Origin: Moniliella sp. 'wahieum'
Lineage: Eukaryota
DNA length: 64,000 nt
Direction: 5' to 3'
Assembly: GCA_003971905.1 (NCBI GenBank)
Contig: RSEE01000016.1
Span: forward strand, 744,001-808,000
A program made the translations under genes and the position numbers. Position 1 is the first letter of the stretch. Every line of letters starts with the position of its first letter. Shown piece by piece: positions 60,782-64,000 of this stretch. The notes under the pieces are model-generated. The model made no database searches. It saw nothing but the letters and a program-made list of their open reading frames with translations, and had not been told where the DNA came from.

Positions 60782-62545
60782 GCGACGGTTGGCCGGTTAC
60801 CGGTTACGCGCGGTTACGCGTCAAGTGTTACGCGTTACGCGTTTTAATTACCAGTCCTAAGGTTTCAGGTTTCAGATCTCAGATCTCAGACCTCGGCGCT
60901 ACCATGTGACTGGTTGCTACCTGAGGTTCAGGCCTGAGCCTGATCGATGATCAATATTCAATGCTCGATTGCCAGCCCTTCAGGCTGAAGCTCTGACGCG
61001 TGGCGCGTGACGGTTAAGTTGCGGGCTCTGCGGTCAGACATTGCCCCGGCGTGTCTCGTATTATTCATCCTCGATGTCACAATCATCATCTCTCCATGCC
61101 ATACTGCATACCCGGCCATACGAGCCCAAGCCCCATTTTCTCAACTCGACAACACACTCACTCACAGTGTACACGCCCAGTATTCAAAACATGTTCGACG
61201 TCCTCAGGCTGAGTCTTGAGCGCCTGAGCCTAGGCTGTAGGCGTCGACGTCCTCGATCCTCCAACACGTGTAGTAGGATTGAGTCTCGGAACAGTCTCGG
61301 CAACCCATTTCGTATGCTTATTGTATAATATAATCGGTACGCGGTACCGACTGTAAACCAGCGTTCCGCACAGCTTTTTAGTGTGGCATGTTTGATATGG
61401 ATACTATCGTTGACATGTCTGTGTGGCAAGTATGCCACAGAGGTCACATGCTCATAATATCCGAGAGATACTTGATGCACTCCGAGATCTGTGATCTGTG
61501 ATCACACTGTCACATGCCCTGTCGCACGACGGGTGATGTGAACGGGTGGACAGCCTTGGACAGCTGACCAATGCCTGGCTCAATATATAGCTTCCTTCCT
61601 GAGGCCTGTGATTAATTGATTATCGATTATCGATTTTCCATTAATGCAGGCTACCATGTCAAGCTCGCAATTCAGAATGATTCATGAGCATCGAGTCTCT
61701 CAGTGTCCACACTGGCGCACTCATCAGTACCATCAGTCGTGCGCTCACATTAAATAGCCACAAGATTGATAATATTGATGCGGGGTTGCCTGTGACATGT
61801 GCATTGTGATATGGCATGCACATGGTTGCTCTTGGGTGTTAGAGTAGCGCAGGCTGAGCGCATCTAAACGAGATCTAGCTGGTCACCGGTCATGCATCGT
61901 GCATCATGCATCATGCATCATGGACGGTTCGGGCTGTATTGCAGTCTCCCCCCAAAAAACAGGAACCGAAGCCCTCGCCCGCCAGATGAGACGTCACGCG
62001 TCACATGTCACAGTCACATGTCACAGTCACGCGTCACACAGCTGAGAAAAGTGCGGACCCGCCGGCTTGGCAAAAGCTGAGGCATGTAGCACTACTAGAA
62101 TACGTCCGAGCGATGGAGACACCGAGAATCTAAGAGTGGGGGTTTTGTCACTTATTCATGCTTACCGCTTAATCCTACCCGCATGGCATAGCACTTGATT
62201 GAATACAGTACACATGTGATCTACTTCCAGTTGCCGAACGCGCCGCACGTACACACAAAAGCGAGTCTTTTGTTATAGTATGTCTGAGCTACCATTCACT
62301 GAGTACTGATGTTTACTATGGTGATAATCGGTAACCTCTACCGACTCTTGTTCTATGTCGATCGCCAATGCCAAGGGGCCGGGAGGAGCGCTCTGGAGTG
62401 GGGAGACGCAAAATTCATCATGGACTGAACCCTCTCCACACAACAGGCCCGGTTTTCTTATTTGCGAGCATACAAGACGCAGCGTTCCTTCTTCTTCTGG
62501 CCCACCACCGCGTCTCTTCACTAATAACCGCAACCACTGTACTCC

Positions 62546-64000
62546 ATGCAACTATTCTCCAAGTTGCGAGGAACGTCTGAAAAGACCAGCGAAAAGACTG
62601 AAAAGGCCAAAAAGCATGCCGATGATCCCATGGACGGTCCAGTGTCCAAAAGGGGGTATAAGAAGCTCGTGACGCCAGATGAGCTCAAAGCAATTACGCC
62701 ATTTGCCTTTACTAACGATTCATCTAACGATCTCGGCCGTTCTTATTCTGATCGTCTGCCCTACATCGAGGGCTTCGAGGCCTTATTGCCTTCGAGGTTT
62801 GCTTATGGTCCTTCTTCCGCATCCTCGCCCCGGGTATGCATTTCAGCCCCCCTCCCCCCCTTATTTTGGGGCCGTCACTGACTCGTGTTTCCAATAGCCA
62901 TTGCCGCTGATACGGATGAGTTCAACGTCCGGCCAGCACCCTTTCTTGATCACACGCCTCAATGGCATAGCAGGGTACGCAAGGTTTTTCAGCCCTTGCT
63001 ATGGGACGGCAGCCTGCAGGCGACTTTTTTCTTTCTCATATCCGCTCGTGTCAACGTCCACACGTTCATTGAGCGCCGTAACAACACCTCCATTGCTGGT
63101 GCTGCCTTTCGCCGTCCTATTCGCATCTACTTCCCTCTTGTGATCGCCTTGGCTTGCGTGACCATCATGTCATCTCAGAATGCGTTTAGCACCGCGGAAT
63201 CTCTGGCTGGCGAAATGGAAAACACTTTTGGCGCCCCGGCGGCCAAATGGACAAGCGTACTCACCTTCTTGGACTCGTTCACCGCTTACGTCTTTGACAA
63301 TACGAACGCCATCCATACGGTTCCCATGGATTTCTTCCCGCCTCGCGGTGTACTCTGGACTGTTACTCGAAACTTTATTCAGACCTACTCGCTTTACCCA
63401 TTCGCCATTCTCCTTCCGTTCATTCGCGGATGGCCCAAGCTCTATTTTGGGTTATCCTTTGGCTTTGGTCCTGGTGGCTTGGGAACTTTTCTTACTACAC
63501 TCTGAGCGGGCTCTTTTTAGCTGAAGCGGTCGTAGTATACGATCTTGGTTCGCTCACTACCAAAAAGATGTTCAAAGTTGTGCCTGTTTGGACTATCCCG
63601 GTCTTTTGGCTATGTGTCGGAGTGACGCTCAAGTATGTGTTTGGTGATGCTTTCCCGGACCATCGAAACGAATGGGTCGCCCATGACGACTCGCAGACGG
63701 GGTTGCTCAAGACTGGTTTTAATCCCTCGGCAACTGGGTATCCTCGCATTGACGACTGGTTTGTTGCAGCAAATGCGATGGTCCTTTTGGAGATGTTCAG
63801 TTGGGCACGTTTTCTCTTCGGCAAGAACCCCGTTCTCCGTTTCCTAGGTCGGATATCATACTCTCTCTTCCTCGTCGAGGGTGCAATTTTCCAATCTCTT
63901 GGTCCCCTCATTTGGAAGCACATGGTGTCTTCTGGCCACCAGACCGGCTCAGCCGCAATTATTGCTGCTCAATTCTTTGCATGTGTCCCGCTCGCCATCG
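62546..64000 (+). CDS. Acyltransferase-3 (OafA-like) membrane O-acyltransferase, runs off the window
   Basis: DRLPYIEG.., FFFLISARV, AFRRPIRIYFP, GVLWT, LRFLGRISYSLFLV; many TM segments; intron ~62834-62897. Confidence 0.8.

Noticed and set aside
1..64000. Mass pseudogenisation or programmed frameshifting suggested by frameshifts in most genes
   Set aside because: Indels hit even normally essential MSS4, are mostly single missing bases, often in runs, and motifs stay intact across them; best explained by long-read consensus error

Overview
Gene-rich, GC-rich fungal nuclear DNA. It is most likely a basidiomycete, judging from a Upa2-like gene and short GTAYGT...YAG introns with CTRAC branch points. 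Most long genes are broken by single-base indels, which looks like uncorrected long-read error rather than pseudogenisation, so CDS boundaries are approximate. Recognisable genes are an A1 aspartic protease, Mss4-type PI4P 5-kinase, DHA1 MFS transporter, an Mdl1-like ABC half-transporter with a degenerate ATPase domain, a Upa2-like PAM2/coiled-coil/GWW protein, tRNA-Pro(AGG) with an intron, prefoldin 4, a HECT E3 ligase, a GH5 exo-glucanase, a dual-specificity phosphatase, a processive GT2 and an acyltransferase-3. Four things stand out. (1) The degenerate ABC transporter runs, via an internal mitochondrial-presequence-like linker, into a GatC/GatF-like domain, suggesting a possible tandem mitochondrial precursor. 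(2) Five copies of a CRE/Cnl1-like RLE retroelement fragment share an end that reads as a Helitron-type A|TC terminus; four form outward-facing inverted pairs, one pair next to a canonical Helitron 3' hairpin-CTAG|T. (3) Intergenic DNA carries a pervasive grammar of 7-nt TNA+palindrome units. (4) A divergent GT2/acyltransferase pair may make an O-acylated polysaccharide.
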